From assembly GCA_965202625.1 (NCBI GenBank), contig CBDBBI010000010.1, forward strand, positions 1,056,001 to 1,120,000: 64,000 nucleotides of DNA, written 5' to 3'. The position numbers and the translations under genes were made by a program. A model generated the notes under the pieces. It had not been told where the DNA came from. It made no database searches and worked only from the letters and a program-made list of their open reading frames with translations. This DNA comes from a bacterium. GTDB taxonomy: Bacteria > UBA8248. Shown one piece after another: positions 27,204-37,503 of the stretch. How positions within the stretch are numbered: position 1 is the first letter of the stretch; every line of letters begins with the position of its first letter.

Positions 27204-28210
27204 CGCCCCCTGAACTCCGTAACCTCCACCACCCGTCCACTCCTTGCGCTCTCGACGATCGACTCCAGAACGGCCACGACTTCCTTGGCGACTTCCCCAT
27301 CCGTCTCGGGGGCGGCCTCACCCCGAATACATCTTCCAAACTCCTCTATCTCCTCAGCGAGCGCATCGCCGCCATCCACCGGCAATTCACTCCTTCGGGT
27401 CTCATCCTTTTTCTGAAAAAACAGTCGCTCCCCCTCATCCTCGCTCCACGCGGACGCCTCCGTTCCATGGGCAGCCGTCGCGCATTGTTTGGGAATGACG
27501 TAGGTGGTGTTGACGTATCCAAGCGGGCCGCTCTCATATTCGAGAATTACGCTCGTCACGTCGTCGAGATTACTCCTGCCGAGCAGCTTTTTGCTGAACG
27601 CGCTCACGCGCCTCACCGGACCGCCCAAATATTGGAGGTTGTCCACCATGTGAACGCCTAAGCCCGTCATTCCCCCAGCGGGACACTCTTGCGGGTCGTT
27701 TCTCCAGCCGCCTCTGGGGTTTTGTCCATTGGGGTTGGAAAGATTCGCCTCAAGGACGTGAACCATCCCCAACGCGCCGCTATCTATCATTTCCCGTATC
27801 TTTCGGTTCGCTCCCTGCCTCCTTCTATGGTGCCCCACCAAGAGCGTCACTCCGGCTTTCTTCATGGCGACAATACATTTGTTCACATCATCCACGCTCA
27901 AAGCGAGCGGCTTCTCCACAAAAACGTGCTTCCCAGCAGATGCGGCCTGCGCGATCAAATCCGTATGCGTAGAATGGGGCGTGGCTATCAAAACTCCCTC
28001 CACCTCGCCATCTCTCAGGATTTCCTCATAAGATTCCGCCGGACGGCACCCGAATTTCTCCGCGAATCCCCTTCGGGTCGCCTCCGTTCTCGTGAAACAT
28101 CGGACGATTTCTACATTCCCCGCCCTTCGCACGGCATTCGCCAACACGGTTCCCCAGTTGGCCAGACCTACGGACGCCAATCGAACCTTCTCATGCGTCA
28201 TATCATCCAC
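27200..28210 (-). CDS. Gfo/Idh/MocA oxidoreductase
   Basis: IATPHSTH, GKHVFVEKP, GVHMVD. Confidence 0.9.
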   Translation of the reverse strand: MDDMTHEKVRLASVGLANWGTVLANAVRRAGNVEIVRCFTRTEATRRGFAEKFGCRPAESYEEILRDGEVEGVLIATPHSTHTDLIAQAASAGKHVFVEKPLALSVDDVNKCIVAMKKAGVTLLVGHHRRRQGANRKIREMIDSGALGMVHVLEANLSNPNGQNPRGGWRNDPQECPAGGMTGLGVHMVDNLQYLGGPVRRVSAFSKKLLGRSNLDDVTSVILEYESGPLGYVNTTYVIPKQCATAAHGTEASAWSEDEGERLFFQKKDETRRSELPVDGGDALAEEIEEFGRCIRGEAAPETDGEVAKEVVAVLESIVESARSGRVVEVTEFRGR

Positions 28211-28474
28211 CTCCGGTAAATTTGACTTACGCCCAGAACGCTCACACGCTCACGCCACCATCATCGTGAAAGCGCGACAATATCGACAACCGGATCATTC
28301 GTTTTCATTTGAATAAAAATCTCGAAACGCAAATTGCCAAGTATATAGAGAAAGGGTAGCATGCACTTCAGAGTTCAACAAATCTGAGAGCAAAATTTTT
28401 CAACGCCCCGTGAACAAACGTCGTAACCTGCGAGAAACCCTTTGTATGGACGAACGAAAACAGGAGCCTACTGA

Positions 28475-29302
28475 ATGCCATTTCATCGTTTTGAAGGAAT
28501 AGAAAAAAAAGCCCTCTCCCCCCATCTGTCCTCCGGCCAAGGTGCGATCGTGGAGGGGGAATATATGTATTTTTGCAAGGTCAGCAAGGTGGCCGGCACG
28601 GGTTCTCAAATTCATTATCACCCCAACGAACTCATGATTTTCCCCGTCCAAGGAAAAATCAACGCGCTGGTCGGAAAGGATAGAAGGGTCGTCTCGCCGG
28701 GCACGTTCGTTCACGTGCCCGCGTATGCGCAGCATCAAATGATCGCCACCGAAGACGGCAATATGGACTATCTCTACGTGAAAGATCGCTCATGGACGGT
28801 CGTGGGCCTGGACAGAGACCAGGTGGTGCCCGACAAGGCACCGACCGTCGATGAAATCAACGAGCAATACGACCAAGGGAGCACAGAAAACCTCGAAAGA
28901 GACGCCAGCAGGGCGAAAATCATCGTCGAGGGTCTGAAGAACTCCTATTACCCGATCCTCCCTTCATTAGACGCCCCCGAATGCTCTGGCCATCATAGCG
29001 TCTGGATAGAGGGCGAGCGTCTCGCGTTCGGGTATGTGGAAATACCCGCAGGGTTTCAAGAGATGACCACAGAAAACGCGCATGAGCAATTCATCTACGT
29101 CCTCAAGGGAACCATTGACGCCCAGGTAGACGATGAGCGTCGGGAGGCGGGTCTTGGTTCGGTCATCCACATCCCCAAAGGATCGAAGCGAAACCTCTCC
29201 TCTCACAGCGGCCAACATGCGCGCTACGCGTCGGTGCGGGCCATGCCGATGCTCGAGGAGATGTTGAGAGAGAAAACGGCGGGTCTGGCGAGACAAGACT
29301 AG
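28475..29302 (+). CDS. Bicupin protein
   Basis: IHYHPNE...HVPAYAQH and a second degenerate cupin (NAHEQFIYV...HIPKG). Confidence 0.82.
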   Translation: MPFHRFEGIEKKALSPHLSSGQGAIVEGEYMYFCKVSKVAGTGSQIHYHPNELMIFPVQGKINALVGKDRRVVSPGTFVHVPAYAQHQMIATEDGNMDYLYVKDRSWTVVGLDRDQVVPDKAPTVDEINEQYDQGSTENLERDASRAKIIVEGLKNSYYPILPSLDAPECSGHHSVWIEGERLAFGYVEIPAGFQEMTTENAHEQFIYVLKGTIDAQVDDERREAGLGSVIHIPKGSKRNLSSHSGQHARYASVRAMPMLEEMLREKTAGLARQD

Positions 29303-29319
29303 AGCGGGGCGAATCGCCC

Positions 29320-29719
29320 GTGGCTAAACACCTAGTGTGCAGAATATCGGAATTGTCCCCCGGCGGACGAAAGATAGTCGAGGTCAAGGGCCGCTCCATC
29401 GGCGTGTTCAACGTCAAGAATTCCCTATATGCGCTGAGAAACGCTTGCCCTCACCAAGGCGCGCCGCTTTGTCTCGGCAAGGTCCAAGGGAACCATGAGA
29501 TCCTCCAAACCCCATGCCTATGATTACGTGATGGACGAGCGGGTTCTCGTGTGCCCATGGCATCGCTGGGAGTTTGACACCACGAACGGACTCTCCGTGT
29601 TCAACCCCCATAGAATGCACGTCAGAACTTATGAGGTCGACCTGGAGGCGGACGAGGACCCCTCCATCCAAACCTACGAGGTCACGATCGAGAAAGACCT
29701 GGTGATGGTACACGTCTGA
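29320..29719 (+). pseudogene. Rieske ferredoxin, frameshifted near 29490
   Basis: CPHQGAPL and CPWH lie in different frames. Confidence 0.8.
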
Positions 29720-29747
29720 CGCTTTATCACCGGAGCCGGTTCCGCAA

Positions 29748-30840
29748 ATGAGAAAAATAGAGATATTCCTCGTTGCCATCCCCCTCACCCATCCCTACAA
29801 GAGCGCCACGCGCACGGTCACGCACTCTGAGGATATTGTCGTGAAAATCACATGCGAGGGCGTTTCCGGCTGAGGGGCCGCGGCACTTCGTTCGTTTCCG
29901 ACCGGGGAAATCATCAAGAGCGCGTATCGCATCCTTGAAGAATACCTGATTCCCGCCATCGCCGACTCTAACCGTTCCATCGGGAACATATCGTCCAGGC
30001 GATGGACAAAGCCATCCCTTTTCACTACTCTCCAAAGGCGTCGATCGATTGCGCGATGCGCGATCTAATCGGACGCATGCTGGATTGCCCGGTCCATGAT
30101 CTGCTCGGCGGAAAATCGGGGACGAGATGCCCTCCTGCGACATATTGCCCCTTGAATCACCGGAGAAGACGGCGGAGCTCGCCGGCGGAATCTATCGCAA
30201 TGGGCGTCAAGTCCTTCAAGGTGAAGATGAGCTGGGACACGAAAACCAGCGTCACGCGCGTGGTGGTGGTGGTGGCGCGTGAGGCGGTGGGAGACGAAGC
30301 GCGTATCGTCGTTGACGCGAACATGAGCTGGACGTCCAAGTTTGCCGTGCAAATATGCTCGCGCATTGAGGAGATTGGAATCACGATGCTCAAGCAACCC
30401 GTGCCCGGCCATGATCTGGACGATCTGGAATTCGTCACCGAGAACTCACTCATCTCCATTTGCGCAGACAAGTCGTTCCGGCCCGACTATTTGGCCGAAA
30501 TCGCTCGAAGACGCGCCGCCGACATCATGAACCTGAAAGTAAACTGGGAGGGTGGTCTCCTTCACGCGAAAAAGCGGCCGCCCTCATCGGGCTCCACGGT
30601 ATCGAGGGTTTATGCGGCAGCGTGACTCACAGCGTGCTGAACGACGTGGCGTGCACACACCTTTTCGCCTCTACCCCCGTGATCGTATACAATGAATCCG
30701 ACAAAGCTCCCGCTTGGCATGAAAAGGACATCGTCGCCGGTTTCAAGACGAAAGACGGGATGCTCAAGGTGCCCGAGGGCTCCGGGCTTGGCGTGGAAGT
30801 GAACGAAGAGGCGGTCCGGAAATTCCGTCTTGACGTTTGA
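29748..30840 (+). pseudogene. Mandelate racemase / muconate lactonizing enzyme family pseudogene
   Basis: KASIDCAMRDL, FKVK, VDANMSW, KVPEGSGLGVEVNE spread over several frames; internal stop near 29871. Confidence 0.82.
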
Positions 30841-30898
30841 CGCCGGCCAGCACACGCCCGCTCGCGGGGCCGCGCGCCTCTAACGCACGAGCGATCTC

Positions 30899-31260
30899 CT
30901 AGAGCTTGTGGCCATATAGTTCCTCGGCGCTTTCGTGATAAATGCGGTGCTTCAGTGCATCCGAGACTTCCTGAAAACCTGCCGGGGATCATCAAAATCC
31001 CAATGTGGATAATACGACGCGAAAAGTAGGATTTGCTCCGCCATCGTCATCATCCTGAGAACATGGCGATGGTCCTCTCTCGTGTGCGGCTCGGTGATGG
31101 GCTGCTTCGTCAACCGGACATGCCAGACGAACATATTCGCTGGGCGGGCACTCGAGCCAGCAGGGCACCTCCGCGCGCAGCGAACGCCATTCCTGGCGAA
31201 GCGCCACATGATGCTCGGCAGGCAGGCGTAGCCGATCTCCTGGAAAACGGCTTTCAACTT
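30899..31260 (-). pseudogene. Amidohydrolase_2 C-terminal fragment
   Basis: FPKLKAVFQEIG...PSEY...QPITEP...LLFASYYPHWDFDDP with frameshifts. Confidence 0.72.
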
Positions 31261-31368
31261 TGGAAAGATGATTTTCAACTTCACGCCATCCGCCGCCGCT
31301 TCCCGCACCACCTCAAGGCCCGCCTCATTCACCTTCAAACACTCCGTATAGTGAAAACCCATTCCGCC

Positions 31369-32712
31369 CTATAGATCGGGAAACTTCGCCCTCCAGCCCA
31401 TTTCATCCTCGAACCAGCGCGCCATGGACAACAGACTCTCCTCTCCGCAGCGCATGGCGCCAAACTGGATGCCCAGAGGAAGGTTCATGTTCCCCTGCCC
31501 CAAAGGCAAGGTGAGCGCGGGCTGTCCCGAAAAGGTAAGCGGCTGCAAAAATACGGGACTGCCCGTGGACTCCTTCCAAGGGGGCGGCCCCTCGCCAAAA
31601 CTGGGCAGCACCAGCAAATCATACCGACTCACCAGTGCGTCCATCTTTCTTATAAAACGGGCGCGAACGCGCATCGCTCTCACGTAATGGACTGCAGGCG
31701 TCATGTATCCGATCGTCAGGCTCCTGCGCACGAAAGGCGGCAGGTCATCCCCGTGCATCACGTATAAATCTTGATGACAAGACGCGGCATCCACGCATCG
31801 TGCGATAAAATGCGCCGCATCGATCTCCTCCACGCTCAAGGGTAACTCCACCTCGTCGACAACAATCCCCCTTGATTGGATTCGGGACACGGCCTGCTCC
31901 ACCCATTCGGAAACCTCCGCGCTGGCCAGGGCGAGCATATGTTTGAGATACGCGATTCTTTTCGGCTTTTGCGCCGTATTCTTTACCGAAGGGGGCGCGC
32001 CCCTTACAACGTTATGATCCAACCTGTCGGGACCAGCCACTACTTCCAAAATTCTCGCGATATCCTCCACCGAGCGCGCGATGACGCCCACATGATCGAA
32101 ATTCCAGGAAACCTTGAGGAGACCCGTTCTCGGAATGCGCCCATAGGTAGGCTTCAGGGCGGGTACGCCGCAATACGCGGCGGGACGAAGGACGGAGCCC
32201 GTCGTCTGGCTGCCCAACGCGGCGGGAACCATGCCAGCGCCGACCGCCGCCGCAGAGCCACTGCTTGAACCGCCCGGGCTACACTCCACGTTCCAAGGGT
32301 TGCGCGTAATAGATGGGTCTCCCTGCGCAAAAGGCGTCGTCACCGCCTTGCCCATAGCAATCGCGCCGGCATTTCTCAAACGGGCCACGGACGTGGCGTC
32401 ATCGGCTGCTATCTCCCCTTTGAGAATCTCCGTTCCCGCCTCACGCTTGAGACCCCGGACGTCAAAAATATCTTTGGCCGCATAGGGCGCGCCCGCCAGA
32501 GAACCCGGGTTCTCCCCATCACTTCGGACATCGTCTATTTCCCGCGCCGCCTTGAGTGCGCCATCCCTGTCCACCTGCGCCCAAGCCTTCACCTTATCTT
32601 CACACGCATCGATCCGCGACAACAAAGAGCGCACCCATTCCTCGGCCCCGAGTGCGCCCTCCTCCATCCTGCGCAAACCCTCGCTCATCGAGAGCTTCCA
32701 GTATTCGCTCAC
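31369..32712 (-). CDS. Amidase signature family enzyme
   Basis: KDIFDV, PGGSSSGSAAAV, GSQTTGSVLRPAAYCG. Confidence 0.92.
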   Translation of the reverse strand: MSEYWKLSMSEGLRRMEEGALGAEEWVRSLLSRIDACEDKVKAWAQVDRDGALKAAREIDDVRSDGENPGSLAGAPYAAKDIFDVRGLKREAGTEILKGEIAADDATSVARLRNAGAIAMGKAVTTPFAQGDPSITRNPWNVECSPGGSSSGSAAAVGAGMVPAALGSQTTGSVLRPAAYCGVPALKPTYGRIPRTGLLKVSWNFDHVGVIARSVEDIARILEVVAGPDRLDHNVVRGAPPSVKNTAQKPKRIAYLKHMLALASAEVSEWVEQAVSRIQSRGIVVDEVELPLSVEEIDAAHFIARCVDAASCHQDLYVMHGDDLPPFVRRSLTIGYMTPAVHYVRAMRVRARFIRKMDALVSRYDLLVLPSFGEGPPPWKESTGSPVFLQPLTFSGQPALTLPLGQGNMNLPLGIQFGAMRCGEESLLSMARWFEDEMGWRAKFPDL

Positions 32713-32924
32713 TTCATGCTCTCATCCGCCCACGTTTTATCGAGCGGCGGCAAAAACGGCTCAGTGGTAGATTCCAGCGCGATTCTGGAGAGTATTTCGA
32801 GCATCCGGACGCAATCATCCGCCGTTTTGAGGGTGAATTCATCATCGGGAACGCCATAGACCGTAGAGGCCATCTCACTTATTCGCGCCGCCATCTCCGC
32901 ACGGCCTTCCTGAGGTGCAGTCAC
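32709..32924 (-). CDS. Small protein coupled to the amidase (GatC/AtzG-like position)
   Basis: RBS CAGGAG plus GTG; stop overlaps the amidase start; C-terminal TTEP. Confidence 0.5.
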   Translation of the reverse strand: MTAPQEGRAEMAARISEMASTVYGVPDDEFTLKTADDCVRMLEILSRIALESTTEPFLPPLDKTWADESMK

Positions 32925-33030
32925 GTTCTTCTCCTGAGCGCGTTGACGTTGCCCACCTCGCATGTCACATTAAAAAAGTATGATACTATAAAAAACCGTG
33001 ATGATGAGGCCCCATCTGAAGGAAAAAGAC

Positions 33031-33483
33031 GTGCGAATCTGGGTGGATGCGGACGCATGTCCACAGGATATCAAAGAGATTCTTTATAAAACCACCGAGC
33101 GACTCCACATTCCCATCACCCTGGTGGCCAACATGAAATTGAGAGTCCCGGACATGCCCTCCGTCTCCACGATACAGGTTCCTGGCGGAGCGGACGCGGC
33201 GGACGCTTACATTGTCGAGCATTTGCGCCCGGGTGACTTCGTCATCACCGCAGATATCCCGTTCGCTGCAAAGGCGGTGGAAAAGGGCACTCTGGCCATT
33301 GACCCACGGGGCGATGTCTATACAGAAGAAAACGTGGGCGAGAGGCTTTCGCTCAGAAACTTCATAATGGAGATGCGCGCAAACGGTCTCGTCCAAGGCG
33401 GCCCACCGCCCATGGTCGCGGCGGATCGGCGCAAATTCGCGGAGGCACTCGACAGAGAACTGGCGAGAAGAAAGAACCTTTAA
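33031..33483 (+). CDS. YaiI/YqxD (DUF188) family protein
   Basis: IWVDADACP, DAADAYIV, VITADIPFA. Confidence 0.92.
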   Translation: MRIWVDADACPQDIKEILYKTTERLHIPITLVANMKLRVPDMPSVSTIQVPGGADAADAYIVEHLRPGDFVITADIPFAAKAVEKGTLAIDPRGDVYTEENVGERLSLRNFIMEMRANGLVQGGPPPMVAADRRKFAEALDRELARRKNL

Positions 33484-34466
33484 GCGTTCACGTCAACCAC
33501 CACGCGGCCCCTCACCCGCCCCTTTAATATGTCGGCGCCCAAGCCAGCCAAATCAGAAAGGGTGGCTTCGGTGATCATGGATTCCAGCCTATCCATCGGC
33601 ATCTGTGCGGAGAGCCGGGTCCACGCTTTTTGACGACGCGCGTAGGGGCACATGACCGAATCAATCCCCAGGAGATTCACCCCTCGCAAGAGAAACGGAA
33701 TCACCGTCGTCCTCAGAGAACTCCCACCGGCCAAACCTACCGCCGCCACAGAGCTCCCATATTTCATCTGCGTCAACAGGCGCGCGAGCGTCGCCCCCCC
33801 TACCGAGTCGACACACCCCGCCCAGCGCTCGCTCTCAAGCGGCCGCTTCGTCTCCTCGGAGAGCTCGTCACGCGTAATTATCCTCGAAGAGCCCAGCGAT
33901 TGGAGATATTCGTGGTTCTCCTCCCTTCCCGTCGACGCGGTGACGGAATACCCTTGGCCCCCGAGAATGGCCACCGAGACTGAGCCCACCCCACCAGCCG
34001 CCCCTGTGACCAGGACTTCTCCATCGTCGACGCCGAGACCGTGGGCCTCGAGTGCCTGAACGGAAAGCATGGCCGTGAAACCAGCCGTGCCAAGCGCCAT
34101 CGCCTGTCTCGTCGACAAATTATCAGGCAGATGAACCAGCCAGTCCCCTTGGACGCGCGCTTTTTGAGAATATCCCCCCCAGTGCGTCTCGCCGACTCGC
34201 CAGCCGGTAAGAATCACTTTGTCCCCCGCGCGATAATTCGGGTGCGCACTTTCCTCCACGACGCCCGAGAAATCAATACCCGGCACGTGGGGATAACGAC
34301 GCACCATCCGTCCGACGCCGCTCAATATCATTCCATCCTTGTAATTGAGCGTTGAGTAATCGACTGCGACGATCACGTCGCCATCCGGCAGACGCTCCTC
34401 ATCGATCTCTTGAATTGATGAGCGGATATCCCCGTCCGCCTCGTCCAAAACCAACGCATGAAACAT
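33480..34466 (-). CDS. acuI: Acrylyl-CoA reductase AcuI/YhdH (MDR family)
   Basis: YSTLNYKDG, GETHWGGYSQ, GTAGFTAM, VTGAAGGVGS, PFLLRGVNLLGIDSV. Confidence 0.85.
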   Translation of the reverse strand: MFHALVLDEADGDIRSSIQEIDEERLPDGDVIVAVDYSTLNYKDGMILSGVGRMVRRYPHVPGIDFSGVVEESAHPNYRAGDKVILTGWRVGETHWGGYSQKARVQGDWLVHLPDNLSTRQAMALGTAGFTAMLSVQALEAHGLGVDDGEVLVTGAAGGVGSVSVAILGGQGYSVTASTGREENHEYLQSLGSSRIITRDELSEETKRPLESERWAGCVDSVGGATLARLLTQMKYGSSVAAVGLAGGSSLRTTVIPFLLRGVNLLGIDSVMCPYARRQKAWTRLSAQMPMDRLESMITEATLSDLAGLGADILKGRVRGRVVVDVNA

Positions 34467-34487
34467 AACGCATCATCTCCACACAGT

Positions 34488-34973
34488 TTAACTTCGCTCT
34501 ATTCCCTCTTTGAGCAAACCAAGCGTTGCCCTGGCGAACGCCCACATGTTCGCCTCCCTATCGGCGCTGTCCGTCTCCAGCGTTGTCGTTTTATTCATCG
34601 GACCAGAAACGGCCATGCACGAATGTCCCGGCTCATCCCCATATCGGTTTCCAGAAGGGCCAGCGGCCCCAGTTTCGGAGACGCCCCAGGTCGCTCCCAG
34701 ACGACTTCTCATCGCATCGGCCAGCTTCTCCGCGTATGCCTCAGTGCTCGGCCTCATTCCCTCCAAGGCATCCTCGGGCAAGCCAAGCAAAACGTTCCTC
34801 GAATTATAGGTATAGAGCACGCCCCCGCCAACATAATAGGCAGAGGCACCTGGAACGGCGAGGAGGGCGGATGAAACTAAACCGCCCGCAGACGTTTCCG
34901 CGACGGCGACCGTCTCTCCCCTCTCTTTCAACAACTTCCCGATCTCATCAGCCATCCGCGTGAGCAAATCCAT
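34488..34973 (-). CDS. CinA C-terminal / PncC-like protein
   Basis: VAVAETSAGGL, VPGASAYY, SETGAAGPSG. Confidence 0.85.
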   Translation of the reverse strand: MDLLTRMADEIGKLLKERGETVAVAETSAGGLVSSALLAVPGASAYYVGGGVLYTYNSRNVLLGLPEDALEGMRPSTEAYAEKLADAMRSRLGATWGVSETGAAGPSGNRYGDEPGHSCMAVSGPMNKTTTLETDSADREANMWAFARATLGLLKEGIERS

Positions 34974-35180
34974 AAAATTTCTCCAAGCATAAAAAAATGA
35001 CGTCTAAGGTTAAAGAATGACATATTCTCGTCCTAAAATCATCTTATTCCCGGGTCTTAGGGCGGATGAGGCGAGACGACCGAACAAGGGGATTACCCAT
35101 CTCCTTCTCGTTCGTGATATGTTGGTGTAGTGAATGCCCAACAATCGAGCCTATATTGAGTTTGCGGAGGAAATCGCCCG

Positions 35181-37502
35181 ATGCACGACGAGCGGGTTGA
35201 AAAACATCCTCACAGCTCTCACTGGGGAGCGTTCCAGGCGCATGTCCGGAATGGGCGCATGGTGGGTTTCGAGCCATTCGGCAAGGACCCGGAGCCCTCA
35301 CCCATCCTAGAGTCGATTCAAAGCACCGTTTACGACGAGAGCCGCGTGTCCCGGCCGATGATTCGCGCCGGCTGGCTCGAGCGTGGGCCAGGGAAAAACA
35401 CCGAGGCGCGTGGTGCTGAGCCTTTTGTACCCGTCTCATGGAACTTCGCCCTTAGAATGGTTGCCGACGAAATTAAGCGCGTCAAAACCAAACATGGAAA
35501 TACGTCCATATTCGCCGGTTCATACGGCTGGGCGAGTGCGGGCCGCTTTCACCATGCGAACACTTTGGTGAAAAGATTTTTCAACTGCTATGGTGGTTTC
35601 ACGGATCAAGCGACCACCTACAGCATCGCTGCCGGATACGTCATCCTACCCCATATTCTAGGAAACAAAGACGCCTGTTCGGGCCCCATCACGACGTGGG
35701 ACAGTATCGTCAAAGACACCCAGCTCTTCGTCATGTTCGGCGGTGTTCCGGTTAAGAACGCGCAAGTATCCTCGGGAGGCGCCGGAGAGCACACCCTCGC
35801 ACTTTGGCTGGAGAGGGCGAAATCAAACGGCGTGGAATTTGTCAACATCAGTCCGCTAGAAGACGACGCGCCTGATTTTTTGGGTGCCCGGTGGATCCCC
35901 GTGCGTCCCAACACGGACGTGGCCTTGATGCTCGGTCTCGCCCACACCCTTCTTGACGAAGGTTTGCACGATACGGATTTTCTCGCGCGCTATTGCGTGG
36001 GCTTTGAGAGGTTCCAAGCGTATTTAACGGGAAAAACCGACGGCCAGCCCAAAAGCGCGGACTGGGCGGCTGACATCACAGGCGTCGAAGCGAACACCAC
36101 GCGGGCACTTGCCCACCGCATGGCGAGAGAGAGAACGATGCTCAACACGAACTGGTCGCTCCAGCGCGCCGATCACGGAGAACAGACGTTCTGGATGACC
36201 ACCACGCTCGCCGCCATGCTCGGGCAAATCGGCCTGTCCGGCGGCGGGTTCGGCTTCGGCTACGGAAGCATGGGTGGACGCGCGACGCCGCGCGAGAACA
36301 TATCATCGCCCAACATGAGCACCGGAAAGAATCCAACCCGAAGCTTCATCCCCGTCGCCCGCATAGCGGACATGATGCTTCACCCAGGTCAAACGTATGA
36401 CTTCAACGGAGAACGGCGCACCTACCCAGACGTCAGGATGGTGTATTGGTGCGGAGGCAATCCCTTTCATCATCACCAAGACTTGAATCGCCTGATGGGG
36501 GCATGGCGACGGCCGGAGACCATCGTTGTTCACGAGCCTTGGTGGACTTCCACGGCGCGTCATGCGGACATCGTTCTTCCCGCAACCACCACGCTTGAGC
36601 GAAATGACGTCGGCTCGAGCGCAAAGGATCGCTTCATCATGGCGATGCGCAAGGTGATTGATCCGGTTGGCGAAGCCCGGCATGATTTCGATATTTTCTC
36701 AAATCTCGCCGAGCGGCTAGGGTTTAGGGGCAAATTCACCGAAGGCCGCGACGAGATGGAATGGATCGAGCATATCTACGAGGAGGCGCGGCGCAAAGCC
36801 GCGGCGAAAGGCGTGGTTCTCGACACGTTCACTAACTTCTGGGAGACCGGACACACGGAAGTCGCCCCACCGGAGACACCCTACGTCTATCTGGCCGATT
36901 TTAGACGCGACCCAGAGAAAAACGCCCTCAAGACGCCCTCGGGGAAAATCGAAATATATTCTGAGCGCATTGAGAGTTTTCAATACCCGGATTGTCCGCC
37001 CCATCCAGCCTGGCTTGAACCTGCGGAATGGTTAGGAAGCGAGCAGGCGAAAAAATTTCCGCTCCATATGATCTCGAACCAACCCCGCACGAGGCTACAC
37101 GGGCAGATGGACAATGGGACCACCAGCCTCAAAAGCAAGATTCACGGCAGGGAACCGGCGTGGATACATCTCAATGACGCCGCCGCACGAGGAATTCACG
37201 ATGGGGACATCATTAAAATTTTCAACGAGCGCGGGGCCATTCTCGCAGGAGCCAGGATTTCCGAACGACAGCTCTCCGGTGTGATCCAACTCTCCACGGG
37301 AGCTTGGTATGACCCGCAGGAACCTGGAAAAATCGGCACACTAGATAAACACGGAAACCCAAACGTCCTCACGATTGACAAGGGAACCTCCAAGCTGGGC
37401 CAAGGACCGATCGCGCACAGTGCTCTGGTAGAGGTGGAACGCTACGAGGAGGAGCTCCCCGAAATTACGGCATTTCAACCCCCATCCTTCGTAGAGGCGT
37501 AA
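35181..37502 (+). CDS. Cytoplasmic Mo-bis-PGD sulfoxide/N-oxide reductase, BisC/TorZ-like
   Basis: SSHWGAF, GSYGWASAGRFH, TYS, GGNPFHHHQDLN, RLHGQ, GAWYDP; no Tat peptide. Confidence 0.9.
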   Translation: MHDERVEKHPHSSHWGAFQAHVRNGRMVGFEPFGKDPEPSPILESIQSTVYDESRVSRPMIRAGWLERGPGKNTEARGAEPFVPVSWNFALRMVADEIKRVKTKHGNTSIFAGSYGWASAGRFHHANTLVKRFFNCYGGFTDQATTYSIAAGYVILPHILGNKDACSGPITTWDSIVKDTQLFVMFGGVPVKNAQVSSGGAGEHTLALWLERAKSNGVEFVNISPLEDDAPDFLGARWIPVRPNTDVALMLGLAHTLLDEGLHDTDFLARYCVGFERFQAYLTGKTDGQPKSADWAADITGVEANTTRALAHRMARERTMLNTNWSLQRADHGEQTFWMTTTLAAMLGQIGLSGGGFGFGYGSMGGRATPRENISSPNMSTGKNPTRSFIPVARIADMMLHPGQTYDFNGERRTYPDVRMVYWCGGNPFHHHQDLNRLMGAWRRPETIVVHEPWWTSTARHADIVLPATTTLERNDVGSSAKDRFIMAMRKVIDPVGEARHDFDIFSNLAERLGFRGKFTEGRDEMEWIEHIYEEARRKAAAKGVVLDTFTNFWETGHTEVAPPETPYVYLADFRRDPEKNALKTPSGKIEIYSERIESFQYPDCPPHPAWLEPAEWLGSEQAKKFPLHMISNQPRTRLHGQMDNGTTSLKSKIHGREPAWIHLNDAAARGIHDGDIIKIFNERGAILAGARISERQLSGVIQLSTGAWYDPQEPGKIGTLDKHGNPNVLTIDKGTSKLGQGPIAHSALVEVERYEEELPEITAFQPPSFVEA

Positions 37503-37503
37503 G

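Noticed and set aside
29868-29876. In-frame TGA in the enolase-family gene as selenocysteine
   Set aside because: Falls at the Trp of the GWGE motif, and the gene has further frameshifts; it is a nonsense mutation
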